Origin: Octopus sinensis
Taxonomy: Eukaryota
NCBI RefSeq assembly: GCF_006345805.1
Contig: NC_043002.1
Location: 38,812,001-38,876,000 of the forward strand
Direction: 5' to 3'
Length of the DNA: 64,000 bases
This document shows positions 26,300 to 40,591 of this stretch, piece after piece. Numbering within the stretch: the stretch's first letter is position 1; the number at the start of each line of letters is the position of its first letter. The notes below the pieces were generated by a model that worked only from the letters and a program-made list of their open reading frames with translations, searched no databases and had not been told where the DNA came from. The translations under genes and the position numbers were made by a program.

Positions 26300-27380
26300 T
26301 AGCACGGCTGTGAAGGATAGTAATTTGCTTTAACCAATATCATTTAAATCTTAAGGGCTTGCAGACTTTTATAGTCCCAGATATCGGGATGATATGTTGG
26401 ATATGAATTAAGGATTTGCGTTCTCTGCCCATGATCCCGAATTCAGCCATACCTTGCTCCAGATGGGTATGTATGTATGTATGTATGTATGTATGTATGT
26501 AGTGATCCAAAAGTTCCCTTCCCTAATATCAGGTTCTGAAATTAACCACACAGCAAAATCCGGCCTGTCATGATTACATTTGAAAGAAGTTTTGATGAGA
26601 ATATCCCACCAGTATTTCTTCTGTTCTTGGATTGCATAGCCTTCAAGGTGTGATGTGATGTAATGGTCTTGTGTCCAAGAGAGGCTTCGCTTCTTGTCAA
26701 TTCTACTGCCTTCTTCACGCTTCCGGCCGACATATCCATGCATAGTCTTTTATTTATTTATTTATTTATTTATCTTTTGTTCTTGTATGCTGAGTGCTTT
26801 CCATCCAGGTCTTCTCTGAAGTAAGAGAGCCCAGCTGTTTTGGGGCTGAATAGGCAATCATCAGGAAGAGAGTATTTCTTGAGGAATTTACTGCCAACTC
26901 GTACAATGTTGCTCACTTCACTTTTCAGCACTGCATTTATACATTTATTATTGTTGCTGTTGCTTCGCAGGTGCTGCCTGAGTGATACCATACAGAATTC
27001 GAGGGCCGTCTGCACTGATCAACATCATTGTTTCTGTGGAAGTCCCCAGTTGTCAGGATTTTGCAGGTTTTGACATCTGTGAAGTGGATTTCCTCTACAG
27101 ATCAATCAAGTATCCCAGATGTTGGGATCAGAACTGGTACTGCAAATGTATTATGAGATGTTGTTTTGTTGTAAGAGGAGAGTTCCAACTGCCATATTTT
27201 CCTAAGTCTAGTGTAATATTCTCGTGTCACTCTATCTTTAGTTACAGTGCCTTCATATGATACATTTTCCTCTATGCCTAGGTGCTTGTAACTTTCATGG
27301 GGAAGATAGAGAGACCGTTGATGCTCATGTTTTGGAATTGGGGGACTAACTTTCCTCGTTCTATAACCAAATATGAACAC
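26300..27380 (-). pseudogene. R4/Dong-like non-LTR retrotransposon fragments
   Basis: YKHLGIEE...EYYTRLRKIWQLELSSYNK...NTFAVPVL; MHGY; WWDILIKT..CNHDRPD. Confidence 0.8.
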
Positions 27381-27832
27381 TTATGTATGTATGCATGTAG
27401 GTATGTATGTATGTATATATAAATGTATATATATATCGATGTATCTCTGCCTCGTAATTTCGCGGTCCTACAAAGAGGGAATGATGAAAACAGTAGGTGA
27501 TCGACAGGAGCAGCTAAAATACTAATGGTAATGCATGGGCGTTGTTCAGTTACACAAATCAATCAAGGTGTGAATTTACACCAACAAAAAACTGCTTATA
27601 TACACACATGCACGAACGCAGAAACACATATATATATATAGATATACTACAAAATTAGAAAATGGAGAAACATACTTAAATCAATCAAACATCAACCATC
27701 AGATGATACCCAATCAATACTTTATTACACCATTACATAACAGTAAAGGCATTATACAAAATATATTGTAAATATAATTAGACAAGGAAATAGAAATATA
27801 AAATATAAAATATAATATATAATTATATCATA

Positions 27833-27943
27833 TCTGACAGCTGTTTCGGCCGTAAGGGCAAGTATGCCTCATTTAACCTATAAGCCATATAAGGCAGGTA
27901 TAAATGAGACATTAACAAGGATGCCCCACGGCCTCTTCAGAGA
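27833..27943 (-). ncRNA. minimal hammerhead ribozyme with long stem II
   Basis: tct|ctgaaga|ggccgtggggca...tgcccttacggcc|gaaac-agct-gtc|aga. Confidence 0.75.
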
Positions 27944-28380
27944 ATTTAATTTATTATAAGTGTGAAAAAAATTTTTTATACATATAATATAAAATATAAA
28001 ATATTAAAACGTGTGCATAGACACTCATAATACTACACATATATATATACTCATTAATACAATAATACAAAATAAACAAAACAAAATATAAAACAAAATA
28101 AAACAAAACAAAACAAACAAAATAAACAATATATATATATATATATTTAATGTAGGATAAAATTTTTTGAAGCAAAATTTTATCAATGGCCAGCATATAA
28201 AAAATACCTTTAAAGGTTAAAATTATAAACAACTTATAAATAAAGGCAAATGAAAAAATTTCTAATGCCAAATATGCCAAAATTGAACATATTGTTCATA
28301 ACCATATAATTTTTCACCATACGCACGCTACTCGGAAAAAAAAATCTGACGGAAATTTCTAAAAAATTCCATTATTACCA

Positions 28381-28433
28381 TATCGGACCGATTTCAGGGT
28401 TAGTCCGCAAGAACCCTCTCTTCGTCAGTGATA
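28381..28433 (-). ncRNA. decayed minimal hammerhead ribozyme
   Basis: tatca|ctgacga|agag-agggtt..aaccct|gaaat-cg-gtc|cgata. Confidence 0.5.
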
Positions 28434-28521
28434 AATGTGGCAAAGAAATAAATGAGATACTTACTCATACCCATGGAACAATATATATATATATTGTTTG
28501 TTCCTTCTTAAGACACACCTG

Positions 28522-28792
28522 ACTCATTAGGACCGGTTTCCCGGTTTCCTTGGCGTATGGGTTCCCCACCTAGACGCCGGTCCGTCGCAGGTGAGCTGCA
28601 TCATGCAGGAGGAAAGAGTGAGAGAAAGTTGTGGCGAAAGAGTCAGCAGAATTTCGCCATTACCTTCTGCCGGAGCCGCGTGGAGCTTAAGTGTTTCGCT
28701 CATAAACACACACATCGCCCGGTCTGAGAATCGAACCCGCGATCCCCCGACCGCGTGTCCGCTGCTCTAACCACTAGGCCATGTGCCTCCAC
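28522..28792 (-). mobile_element. tRNA-derived SINE, family C
   Basis: Head tggcctagtggttagagc...gggttcgattctc followed by non-tRNA body. Confidence 0.85.
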
Positions 28793-28854
28793 ATATATGT
28801 GTGTGTGTGTGTGTGTGTGTACATTTATATACATACATATACAAACAGACAGGC

Positions 28855-28945
<91 letters not shown>

Positions 28946-30799
28946 CAGACAGACAACCCAGTCTGTCCTGTCAATGAATCAAACCTGTGAAAACACCTGT
29001 TCTTTATAAATTCAAGCCTTTGACGACTCTTATTCGTTGTTTCTTTTGTAATTAAGAAATCGATACTAAAAATATATGAACAGCATTATTGCTACACTAT
29101 TTTATTTACTCTTTTTATTTGTGTATTTTATTTTCATTTGATAATGCGTTCGATATTTTATTTATTTTTGTCTATACCTAATCAAATATGTCCTCAACGT
29201 AGATTTAACTGCATTCCAGCCGAACAAGAAATGTCGTTATCGTTTATAACATTCCAGCTTACAAACAAAGACATACTTCAATCGTTTCATCTAAACCGTT
29301 TTCTTCTCCCGCCATCGTGTAGCGCTATAAATATAAATAGACGAATGCGTTAGTATTAACCAATATAAATAACATCAAATAGAAAATGCTGTGGATTAGA
29401 CGTTCTAGACACAAATGTGCTATTGAATTCTCTTCGCAATGTTTGTTCCTCTGGAGAGAAACAATCTCTTTGATTGTTTTCTTAAGAAAGAGAAAAAAAC
29501 TTGAATGCGAAGTAAAATAGAGAGAGTATGTAATGCGCCAACATAACTTTCTTGTCCGTTCCTCTTGTTAAATCGGAATCTTCGATGACACCTATGTCTT
29601 TTTTTTTTATTCTACTCTAAAAAAATAAATGATCTGGAAATTACAAGTAGAGAGAGTGAAAGAATACAAAATATTTAAAAAAACAAGATGATCAAAGTTG
29701 CCAGCTTGGCTCTCAAAGAAATGGGGAGAGTTAATGGTGAAGTTTCAGGTGCTGTTCTTCTTTGAAGTTAGATGTCAAGGAGAAAGAGACGGTGAAACAT
29801 GAGAGAAACTGAAAAACGTAAAAGGAGCAGGCAAGACGAAAATGCCTGACGTGTGCTTGTCGACTTACATGCCTATACATATCGTCCAAAATTGCACAAA
29901 AACTCAAAATAGCAAAAGACAGAGACAGACGAGGGAACGACAAACAAGGAGTAATTAGTTTGACACTCAGATAAAACGGAAGAGTTTTTAACGTTCCGAG
30001 CCTACGCTTTTCGACAGAAAGGAATGCGGAGAGAATCCAGATGAAGAGAGGTAAAAAACAGATAGAGAATATGATTGTATATGTACATACATACACAATA
30101 CACACACACCCACACACATACACACACAAATACATACGTACATACATACACACATACATACGCAATAAGAAACATGAGATACGAGAGGTGATTATATATC
30201 TATTTATCCACGTGACATCCTTAGGATTACGGCCGTTTTGCAATATTCGTCATCTTGTATCAATTTCAGTGTAGAAGAAATTATGCTTACATATTTGAAA
30301 TGTCATTCAACTACGGCAATTTACTCACACGCAGCATCTTTCAGAGCTTGTCGCTAATTCAGTTCTTAATCAAATTGAAAACTGTTTTTGAAGAGGATTG
30401 GTCCCTAGCTACGCTTTGACATACAAAAGTATACATTATAATTAAAGAGAGGTACGTGAAGTACGAGAGTACGTAGCAGGCTGAGAGAGATAGTCATGTC
30501 TTTACTGGTTTTACTAAGAATACTGTAAATCCAAGTGGGTGTTGTAACAATCCAACATTGTAAGGAATGTAACAGTGGAAACGAGGATTTAAACAACTCA
30601 CGAAGAATAAACTTGACGAGGATTTTAACAACTCATGAGAAATCAACAACTCACGTGGAGTTATCAAAAACTCACAAAAGTTTTTGTTGTGTAAATTTTA
30701 CGAAAAAAAACGTAAAATTATGGAAAATTTGTTGGCCGGTTTGTTCGAGTTGCAAAAATAGCAACAACAGCAGCAGCAGCAGCAGCAGCAGTAGCTGTA

Positions 30800-31330
30800 A
30801 CTGTGAGAACAACAGCTGAATCAACACCAACACGAACACCACCAACAACAACTGACAGAACAACAGCAGCAACAACAACAACAACAACAAATAGTATTAC
30901 AGCACCAAATGCTGAAATTACAGAAGTCGTCAGGAAAGTATATTCGACCGACTATGTCGCGAACTCCACAACAGAGTTCAAATACGAACCTGACGAAGGA
31001 GTTACCTTGAAGCATACTACAGAAGTTATGAGCAAATCCTTGAGAAATAATGTACAGATTGTAACGACGATATGAAAACCACGCTTAATATTAAGAAAAC
31101 TGGTGGCAACAGAACATGAACGATACAGTAATGTACTCCCAAGAAAAACTTCGGACATAAACTTTAATTGCACAATAAATATATTGTGTAAAATTCTCAA
31201 TGAAAAACGCTCATTGTTCAACACACATTGGAAGTGTCTGAACACAGAGAAAAGCAACGACGAGGACTGCATCACATATGCTGGTAGAGTAAACAGGGAA
31301 TACGAGTTTATTGTCTTGCCATTGGATCTT
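30800..31330 (+). pseudogene. Gypsy/Ty3 gag-like fragment
   Basis: EFKYEPDEGVT...EHERYSNVLPRK...SLFNTHWKCL...YAGRVNRE resembles metazoan Gypsy gag; frameshifted. Confidence 0.6.
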
Positions 31331-31719
31331 TGAATCTGGAATCCAATTAAGAAACAGGCGTGATGGCCACTGTACAGCAACTCATTGCTCATCGAATCCA
31401 ACCAACGCTGGCATCCGCTACCAAATGAGTAAGTTTGTCAACTATCATGGGCAGACTCCCTGTTGATCATAAATGTACCATTCTCAATTTATTATAATGA
31501 CAAAGGGCTGATAAGATACTCGCAAATTTATCGATTAAATTAGTGTGTGAAATTCTGATTACTTGATTGTTTGTTTGATTTATTTATTTATTGGTTGATT
31601 CAATTATATAGAGATGGACCAAAAATGAATTCATCAATGAATATATACAGTCTCGTTGCATATTATTAACTAGCTAATTTTATTTCACACTCAACCTATA
31701 TTAATATTATGTTTACGTA

Positions 31720-32040
31720 AATTCTACTCTAGGCACAAGGCCCGAAATTTGTGGGGAGAGCGCTAATCGATTAGATCGACCCCAGCATGCAACCGATACT
31801 TGATTTATAGACCCCGAAAGGTTGAAAGCAAAGTCGACCTCGGCGGAATTTGAACTCAGGCCGTTCAGTGCGTTGAAGTCTGAATTTTGTGAGACCATAG
31901 TGGACATCTATGTGATATATGACTATGATTGTTATATCCTTAAGGCTCCTATATCGTAGTACGTTTGATATTGTCGACTCAGACACAATACTGCTTAGCA
32001 TTTCGCCCGGCATGCTAACGTTTCTGCCAGCTTACCGCCT
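31720..32040 (-). mobile_element. SINE family B interrupted by a ~117-bp insertion
   Basis: SINE halves either side of 31860-31976. Confidence 0.75.
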
Positions 32041-32690
32041 TAAATTCTACTCATATTATATTATACACTTAAATTCTACTAATATTATATTTTGCACTTT
32101 CAGATTGTTTAGTACAAATAGTTATTACTATTTCCAATCTAACACCTTACGTGCCCAGAAAACAGATATGATTGGTGTATCAAATGGCTTCTAAATGAAT
32201 GATTGTAAGTTTATTCCACGAAGGAGAAATCCTTAGATCTAATTGAAAAATTCATCTCATTCAAGGTGAACAGTCTCTGATGAAAACAAAATGCTGTGAA
32301 AATAAAGAACAAATGATAAAGAAAGAAAAAGAATCATGTTCTTGAATATTTAAAGCGATAGACCTCGGTTTCACCAGTATCATTCTGCAGAACTTGGAAA
32401 TGTTATTTCATTGCGTTCTAAATCAATTTCAGAAACAAAATTATAACCAATTTTAACTGTTCACAGTAAAAACATGAAAGATGTTTGTGACTAAGCGAAT
32501 AATTTTTTTTTTTAAGTTGTGATTTCTACTTACATAACATATGAACATGCTTACATTCTGTGTTCTGAAGTCTGAATTCTGTGAGGCCATAGTGAACATC
32601 TGTGTGATATATAACTTTATGATTGTTATATCCTTAAGCCTCCTATGTCGTAGTACGGTTGATATTGTCGACGATAGTTGAAGAATATAC

Positions 32691-35522
32691 TGTAACGGTG
32701 TTATAACAATATAAGATAAAAACAGCGGCAGTAACAAACACGTAACAAACAAACAATATTTTACGAACCAACAATCAATATTCCCAACACTCTAACTCGA
32801 ACTGTAAACTATGCCTGGACTTCGAATACCAAAGTACGAACTGCCGACTACGTCAGACCACTGCTATTTATATACAGTGGCCTCGTCTATTCTCTTCAGA
32901 GGGTGTCGTACTCTCGCCACAACATCCCTCTTTTTGAGATTTCGACTTCTGAAGGAATAAAGAAGTTTTATTTATTATTGTTATTTTTCAGTATCTTTTC
33001 GCTTGGGCATTATCTCAAGGTGCTCGGTCTGCTTCTGTTTTCTCATGCTGGTTTTACGGGACTCCATTACTTCCGGTGCAGAGACCTCGAATTCATCAAA
33101 AAATACTTCCATAGGAATTTCTCTCCGTTCTTCAGTATGTCTCTTCTTTAGCTGATTTATGTGTCTCTTATGTTCTCAATGTGGTCCTTTAATTAGATAC
33201 ATCATACTCCCTATTTCATTGGTTACAAGGGCATCCTCCTAGCCTTCTTTACCATTTCTGTAGGTTTTAAAATGTATTTTATCACCTCTTCGAAATATTT
33301 CGCTGCATTTCGAAATATTTCGTTGTATTTCCTTTATATCTTTTTTCTCTGGTAATAACTTATTGAAAATCGATTATATTCTTCTCGTGAACATCAGCTC
33401 TGCGAGTGACTTCCTGAATTTGTACTTGGATTGGGGTTTACTCAATATAAGCTTAAGAATTTTGTTGTTACTTAATTCGTTTCTAGCCTTTCTTAACGTT
33501 CCTTTGAACATGTCCACGAATCTTTCTACCTACCCATTTAGGGTGGAGTGACAATATGCATTATCGCATGCATTTTACAAAAGTTCATGAATTCATACCC
33601 CAATTAATGTGTTCCATTATCAGAAACTAAAGTGTCTGGAACACTGTATCGCACAAGCAATTCATATAGGAAGTTTATAGTTGCCTTGGCAGTTGGTTTA
33701 TTTCACCTGCATACCTCTGGCTACTTTGTACAGATGTCTTCCACAACATGCAATCGAGACCATGGGTTCTCAGTCTCCGGCCACGATTGATATTTTACTG
33801 GTGGGGCTTTGGCCGCGAGCTCGGAATCTCGACAAGTACTCACCAAATTTGCAATATCCCGGTGTATAGTCGGCCAATAGACGTAGTTCCTCATCAGAGC
33901 TTTGATCCTCGACATTTTCGGGTGTCCGCTGTGAAATTACTGCAATACACGTTTTTGTAATGCAGTATTTGCACATACATCAGAATATCGTCGTATATTG
34001 AGGAACTACTCGAACTTGTATTTTTATTCTGCTTATTTTTTAAAGCTTCTTTTTTCATTTTTTGATTTCTGTAATATTCTCATCCCCGAGAGGTTTTATT
34101 CTTATATCCTGTGCAGTCACTGTTAGTTCTTTGATAACGTTAGTCGTAATACTTTTTACTTCATTTTCTGCTTGCAGTACGGCTATCATGGTATCTTCTT
34201 GTGGTTCCGTATTTTGGAGAATTAGTCTCGATAGACTGTCCACATGACTAATATTTTTCGATAGAATATACTGCATTTTGAAATTGTAATTTAGTAATAT
34301 TATACCCCAACGTTGTAGTCGATTCGCTGTATGGGTAGGTAAACCTTCCTTTGACACAACTTGATAGCAAAGGTCGATGATTTGTTTGCAACAGAAAACT
34401 TCAACCATGTAGGAACCTGTGAAATTTTTTCGCCGCTAAGATATTCGATTGGGCTTCCTTTTCTATCTAACTGTATTTTTTTCTCTGCCGCTATCAGCAA
34501 GCGTGAAATATGAATCACTGGTTTCGTACTTCCATCCTTATACTTGTGTAGCAAAACTGCTCCTATTCTGTACTCTGAAGCATCAGACCCTGCAACAATG
34601 TCCATTTCAGGATCGAAATACGCTAGAGAAAAATCTGCAATTAGAATTTTTTTATTGCTTCAATCGTGTTTTGACATTTAATCTACCAATTCCACTTTAG
34701 TTTCTTTTTTAATAAGTCGTTCAACGGAACACTTAATTTGTGAATGTTAGGAGTGTAGATTAAGTAGTAGTTTGCCAGCCCAAGAAACGCTTGTAATGTT
34801 GATATATTTGTCGGAGCAGACATATTCTTTATTGCGTCTGCCCTGGCCGGGTCAGGCCGTCTACCATTTTTATCAAATATTTACTCTAAGTACCTAATTT
34901 GAAACAAAAAGATTTCGCATTTTTCTTCACTCAAAGTGAACTAGTACTCTTTAATATGCTTTCCTATGCTCCACATGCTGTTCATGCGAATTACGCTTAA
35001 TCAATATATCGTCCAAATAAGGGATTGCAAATTCTCAAGCAGATAACACAGCGTCCATGATTTGCTGCAATATTGCTGGTGCAAACTTCAATTCAAAAGG
35101 TAACCGGGTATATCTGTACAATCCTTTATGTGTATTTATTGTCAGATACTTTGAGCATTTGTCATTTACTTTAATCTGTAAATAAACGTCAGACAGATCC
35201 AATTTCAAGAAAATTTTGCAACCATTTGATTTTGCGAAAACGTCCTCTGGAATTGGGAATGGATGGTGGCATGTCTTTAAGCAGCGATCCAGCCGCAGGA
35301 AGTCGGGCCCAGCACGGCTGCCCCAAGAACCGTCGCTAGATATCGATGGTCGACCCTATCGAATGCTTTACACTGGTCTAAATGTACTAGTGCCCCTCCT
35401 TTGCCAGTAATTTTACCCACCCGCAACCATACTACAAACAGCCTACTACGTCAGACCTCTACTATTTATATGTAGTAGTCCCGTCTATTCTCGTCAGAGG
35501 GTGTCGTACTCACGCCACAACA
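32691..35522 (-). mobile_element. decayed, internally deleted Gypsy/Ty3 LTR retrotransposon
   Basis: 3' LTR 32691-32923 (TG..CA) preceded by PPT aaaaaagaggga; partial 5' LTR ~35445-35522; RT (KLDLSD, YLDDIL), RNase H (SDASEYRIGAVL), integrase (ALMRNYVYWP..PWSRLHV) in RT-RH-IN order. Confidence 0.9.
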
Positions 35523-35586
35523 ATGATTATAGTAAATGATTTATGTATTTATATACTTATGAATTGTACACTACACTTTTTTGCGT

Positions 35587-35587
35587 T

Positions 35588-35645
<58 letters not shown>

Positions 35646-35653
35646 TGTGTATG

Positions 35654-35685
<32 letters not shown>

Positions 35686-35707
35686 TATGTATATATATGT
35701 ATGTATG

Positions 35708-35743
<36 letters not shown>

Positions 35744-35834
35744 CTTATATATATACACATATATTATACATATAACATATATATATACATATATATATAT
35801 ACATATATACGTATATATATATATATATACATAC

Positions 35835-35867
<33 letters not shown>

Positions 35868-36225
35868 CATATGTATATATATATATATATATATATCGTA
35901 TGTATGTATATATATATATAATATGTATATATATTATGTATATATATGTATATATATATATATGTATGTATATATATATATGTATATATGTATATATATG
36001 TATATATATATGTATATATATGTATGTATATATATATATACGTATATATGTATATATATATATACGTATATATGTATATATTATATATATATATGTATAT
36101 ATATTATGTGTGTATATATATAGTATATATATATATGTGTATATATATAAGTATATATATATATGTATATATATGTATATATATTTATATATGTATATAT
36201 ATATATGTATATATATATATAGTGT
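35587..36225. repeat. long compound (TA)n/(TG)n/(TATG)n microsatellite
   Basis: Direct sequence; source of the 279-aa YIYI ORF. Confidence 0.95.
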
Positions 36226-36383
36226 GTGTGTTGTAATGAGAGTGTACTTATGCCCGATACACGTACATGTGTGTATACATGAGCTAGTGTATACATCTAA
36301 ATGCGGGTTTGATTACATAAATATCAAAATATCCTTAGACTTGAAGTGTGGACAAAGAAAAATAATGTTCGAATATACATAAC

Positions 36384-36438
<55 letters not shown>

Positions 36439-36845
36439 ATACACTTATGTATATTTGAACATTTTATATATATACATGGATTCAGAGAGAAAGAATGAGA
36501 GAAAGATATTTAAGTATAGAGCAGCAGAACTGTTATAGATTCGTGATAAAACTGCAAACAGCTCCTAAATGGTAAACGCTTATAGATAAAAACAATAGAT
36601 TTCCCTTAGAACTGAAAATCCATCGCTTTGACTACTTTACTTCTCTAGAGAGTATTTGTGTGCGTCTGTTGATTTATGAATTTGTTAAATGTTTCATGAT
36701 TTATTGTGGTTTTGTTGTTTGTATTATGACATATATTGATATTGCATGATTGTCTTCATTGTTATTCATATTTTGCTACGATTATACTTAATTAAGGGTT
36801 TTAGCTTTTACCGTTCCGTGGCATATATATATATATATATTATCT

Positions 36846-36908
<63 letters not shown>

Positions 36909-36912
<4 letters not shown>

Positions 36913-37335
36913 CGCTACATCATCTGCATGATGTGGAAAATATTCCATCAGCATTGCCCAAATGATGTTGGCATCACCTTTAAGGTACATCCAAGGCTTG
37001 GGCCCCGTGCCATCCGCCCAAAACAAAAATCGCACTCTCATCTCATAACAACAATACGGCACAATTATTTCACCTCAATTGGCCCCCGCTCTCCTTAACA
37101 TTACACCAAAACACATTAAAACAGAAACTGACCCTATAGGGTTCAAGAAGTCTTTGGACAGATTCCTTCAAGGAATCCCGGATAAACCCCCTACACCCGG
37201 ATTATGTCTCTGTAACAATAACTCTCTACTTCAGTGGGCCATAGTGCCAAAATTCTGACTTGAAAGACTTCACCAGGTGTGTGCTATTAAGTTAGACATG
37301 GCCTGGGCCAATAATGGCCGCCGAAACCTATCAAA

Positions 37336-37336
<1 letters not shown>
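36909..37336 (+). pseudogene. CR1-group LINE 3' end
   Basis: ERYIICMMWKIF...GITFKVHPRLG...FKKSLDRFLQGIPDKP, then stem-loop tail; embedded in (TA)n. Confidence 0.75.
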
Positions 37337-37396
<60 letters not shown>

Positions 37397-37411
37397 ATAT
37401 ATATATGTATG

Positions 37412-37476
<65 letters not shown>

Positions 37477-38539
37477 TGTATATATGTGTGTCTGTGTGTA
37501 TTATTTATGCATGTATAATTGTATGTGTATGTTATATGCTTGAAAAGTTCTTAGCAACTATTGTCGATGTATTCACTATATTTGCAGAAGGATTTCTTTA
37601 AATAAAAATTTTTAATCACTTAAGAAAATTAATAAAAAAAAAACACAGTTGAACACAGATTTTATAGAAGGAAAATTTTGTGTGAAGTGCTTTTCTTTCT
37701 TTCCAGCTTTTCAACCACACGTATAATCTATATAGAAGTCTGTTTTTAAATATATGTGCGTGTACGTTTACACGAACAGTACAGTCAATATGGTGAATGG
37801 GAGAACAATGTTGGGAGAGAGAGAAGAAGGGAAATAATCAATATAATGAGAGGAGTATGGGAAAGGATGCGAGGTATTAAAGTGAAGCTATGAAATGGCG
37901 AAACTTAGTTTTTGCAAAAGTCATGTCAATTACAACGGAGAGCAGTGAGTTCAAATAATAAAATTGTTACTGATCTTGCAAGATCGAGTAAGAGCTTTTA
38001 TAAGCTCGGCAAATAATTACACCTAAAGTGATTATTGACCTTGAAAACAGCCGAATCATACAGTAGCGTTAATGGAAAATTGATTTGATGTTTTTTAACG
38101 CCAGGTTGGCTCTGACTTAGCAAGCCCTTTACCATAGCCATTTTAACACTGGCCATGCTTGTTTGTATATCAGGAAATACATTATCCATTACTTTCTACT
38201 CTTTCACTAGAATGATAGAGTATGAGTTGATGTAGATTCTCCCACTATTTCACTTTGGCCGACTAAGATCGAGGAAACATCGTATTTGGGGTTAATTTGT
38301 AGTGCTCACTTGAACTATTCTTACGCAAATTTGTTTAAGAGGCACGAACTTCTCCAAACTGACTTTTCTATTCAAAACTACAGAATTCTGAACGATACTC
38401 CTACGACCAAGCAGATTATCCAATTTATCACACACACGCACGCACACACACACACACACACACACACCACACACACACACAAACACACACACACACAACA
38501 CACACATACACAAACACACACACACAAACACACACAATG

Positions 38540-38571
<32 letters not shown>

Positions 38572-38732
38572 TGTATGTATGATGTATGTATGTATGCATG
38601 TGCGTGTGTGCATGGGTGTCGGTAGATGTGTATATAGGTCTGTTTATATTTTGCTATCAATGTTATTTTGGCAACGTGTAATGTTGATTGTGTGTGTGTG
38701 AATGTATCTTTACGCAAATGTATTTGTGTTTT

Positions 38733-38781
<49 letters not shown>

Positions 38782-39529
38782 CATTTTTGACAACATGGGT
38801 TACAATTATTTCGTCTGGAATTAAAATTGAAGAGAAATGGGAGGTTGTGAAGTTCATGCTTTCCCGAAATGTGTCTACCTTATGACGTCAACAGAAATGT
38901 TTAGACAAATCCACTGCTTTTTTGACTCTAACGTAACATCAAACTCCACCACATTTTTAACCAATATCAACATAACAGATGCTTTGAATACCTGAATGTA
39001 TATTATGCATTGCTATCATTTTCCCTTCCTAGCATTCAACATATCCAAATCCAGTTAGTATTCTTGGTTATTTGTTTAAGTCGACATTGTTATTTCAGAA
39101 ATTACTTAGGCAAAAAAAAAGAAAAGAAAAGAAAAATAATAATAATAGAAAACAGAAAATCCAAATTTTCTCTCAGCGATTACACAGAATAACGATATGA
39201 AATGTTTGTTTACCTTTATTTCTTCGTATCATTCTTTTTTCATTTTTCTTTTTTTTTTTTTTCGTCTTTGAAATGTGTTCTTTAAGCAAGTTTCTCGGAT
39301 ATAGCCGCGAGAAGAGATGAGTTATACGACAAACGAAATACAATTAAGAAACGAATTGTTATAAAAAAATATGTTATATGTAATATGCAAATGTGTGCAA
39401 CTGTGCATGTGCGTTCGCTATTAGAAATGAGTTCGTGTATGCAAATGCTTCTAGGCGCGGATGTGTGTTTGCGTGCTTGCGTGTGTCTGTAAATTTGATA
39501 CGCATGTTTTGTCTAAGAGTGTAAGTCTG

Positions 39530-39895
39530 GTGAGCAGTAGAATTGGCAGAGTCAAACATAACACTTCGTGGTATTAATTCCAGTCTCTGCGCTCTTGGTT
39601 CAAATCCTGCCAAAGTCGGCTTGGTTGCTCATCCTTTCGAAGTCGATGGAAATATATCAATCCAAGGTATTGGATTGATGGATCTGTTAGAACATCAAAG
39701 TGGATGCTTCCGGGCAAAATTCTTAGCGGTATTTCGTCTGTATTTACGTTCTGAGTTCAAAGTCTGCCGAGGTTGACTTTGCCTTTCATCTTTTCGGGGT
39801 CGATAAATTAAGTACCAATTGCGTATTGGGGCCAATCTAATCGACTGACCCCCTCCACAAAAATTTCGGGCCTTCTGCCTAAAATAGAAAAGAAA
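39530..39895 (+). mobile_element. SINE family B (one decayed and one clearer copy)
   Basis: Family B motifs. Confidence 0.75.
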
Positions 39896-40203
39896 AAAAA
39901 CTGATCGCGACAGAATTCGAAACGAAAACGTAAAGAAACATAAATAAATATTTATTTCTTAAGTGTGCAGTGCATTCTGTTAGTTTTCGTTATAATTCAT
40001 TGACACTAAGACAGCGAACTGGCAGAATCGTTAGCACGCTGGACGAAATGCTTAGCGGTAACCAATCTACAAGCAAACTTCTACCCAGCGAATTTACCAG
40101 TGCAAGAACAAAAATTTAATGTAGGAATTACCACTTTATTTACATTACCATCACAAATGTATCAATCATTTTCGCATCTTAACTGATGCATCTATCTGCA
40201 CTC

Positions 40204-40254
40204 GCATTCTGAAGAGATTTACTTACTCCAGTAAATCGAAACGATCGTAAATGC
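40204..40254 (+). ncRNA. canonical minimal type-I hammerhead ribozyme
   Basis: gcatt|ctgaaga|gatttact-tactcc-agtaaatc|gaaac-gatc-gta|aatgc; all core positions consensus. Confidence 0.85.
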
Positions 40255-40365
40255 CACCCTCATCTCTGCTTCTTACTTTTTTGTTACCTATTTAATTAAA
40301 TACATACCAGCGAAAAACCACGAGTTTCCCATTATAATTATATTCATTTTCTCCTCATATATATA

Positions 40366-40447
<82 letters not shown>

Positions 40448-40591
40448 ATATATATATATATATATATATATGTATTATACATTTATATTATATATATATA
40501 TATTATAATAATAATATTAGGGAATGAATCCAAAATTACACAGGGGAAAAAATCAGATTTAGGGTTAAATCCAATTTTATAGTAAAATATT

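Larger units (their letters stand above)
27646..28480 (-). mobile_element. non-coding Penelope-like element with two hammerheads
   Basis: Bounded by (TA)n; end motif also seen at 54797; two hammerhead folds. Confidence 0.55.

Noticed and set aside
28720-28792. tRNA gene (also other SINE heads)
   Set aside because: tRNA-like boxes run directly into SINE bodies and lack a proper acceptor stem
35523-36382. Long ORFs rich in YI/CV/HT/YLSI (e.g. 279 aa here, 301 aa at 19471-20376)
   Set aside because: Translations of (TA)n, (TG)n and (TAGA)n microsatellites and SINEs
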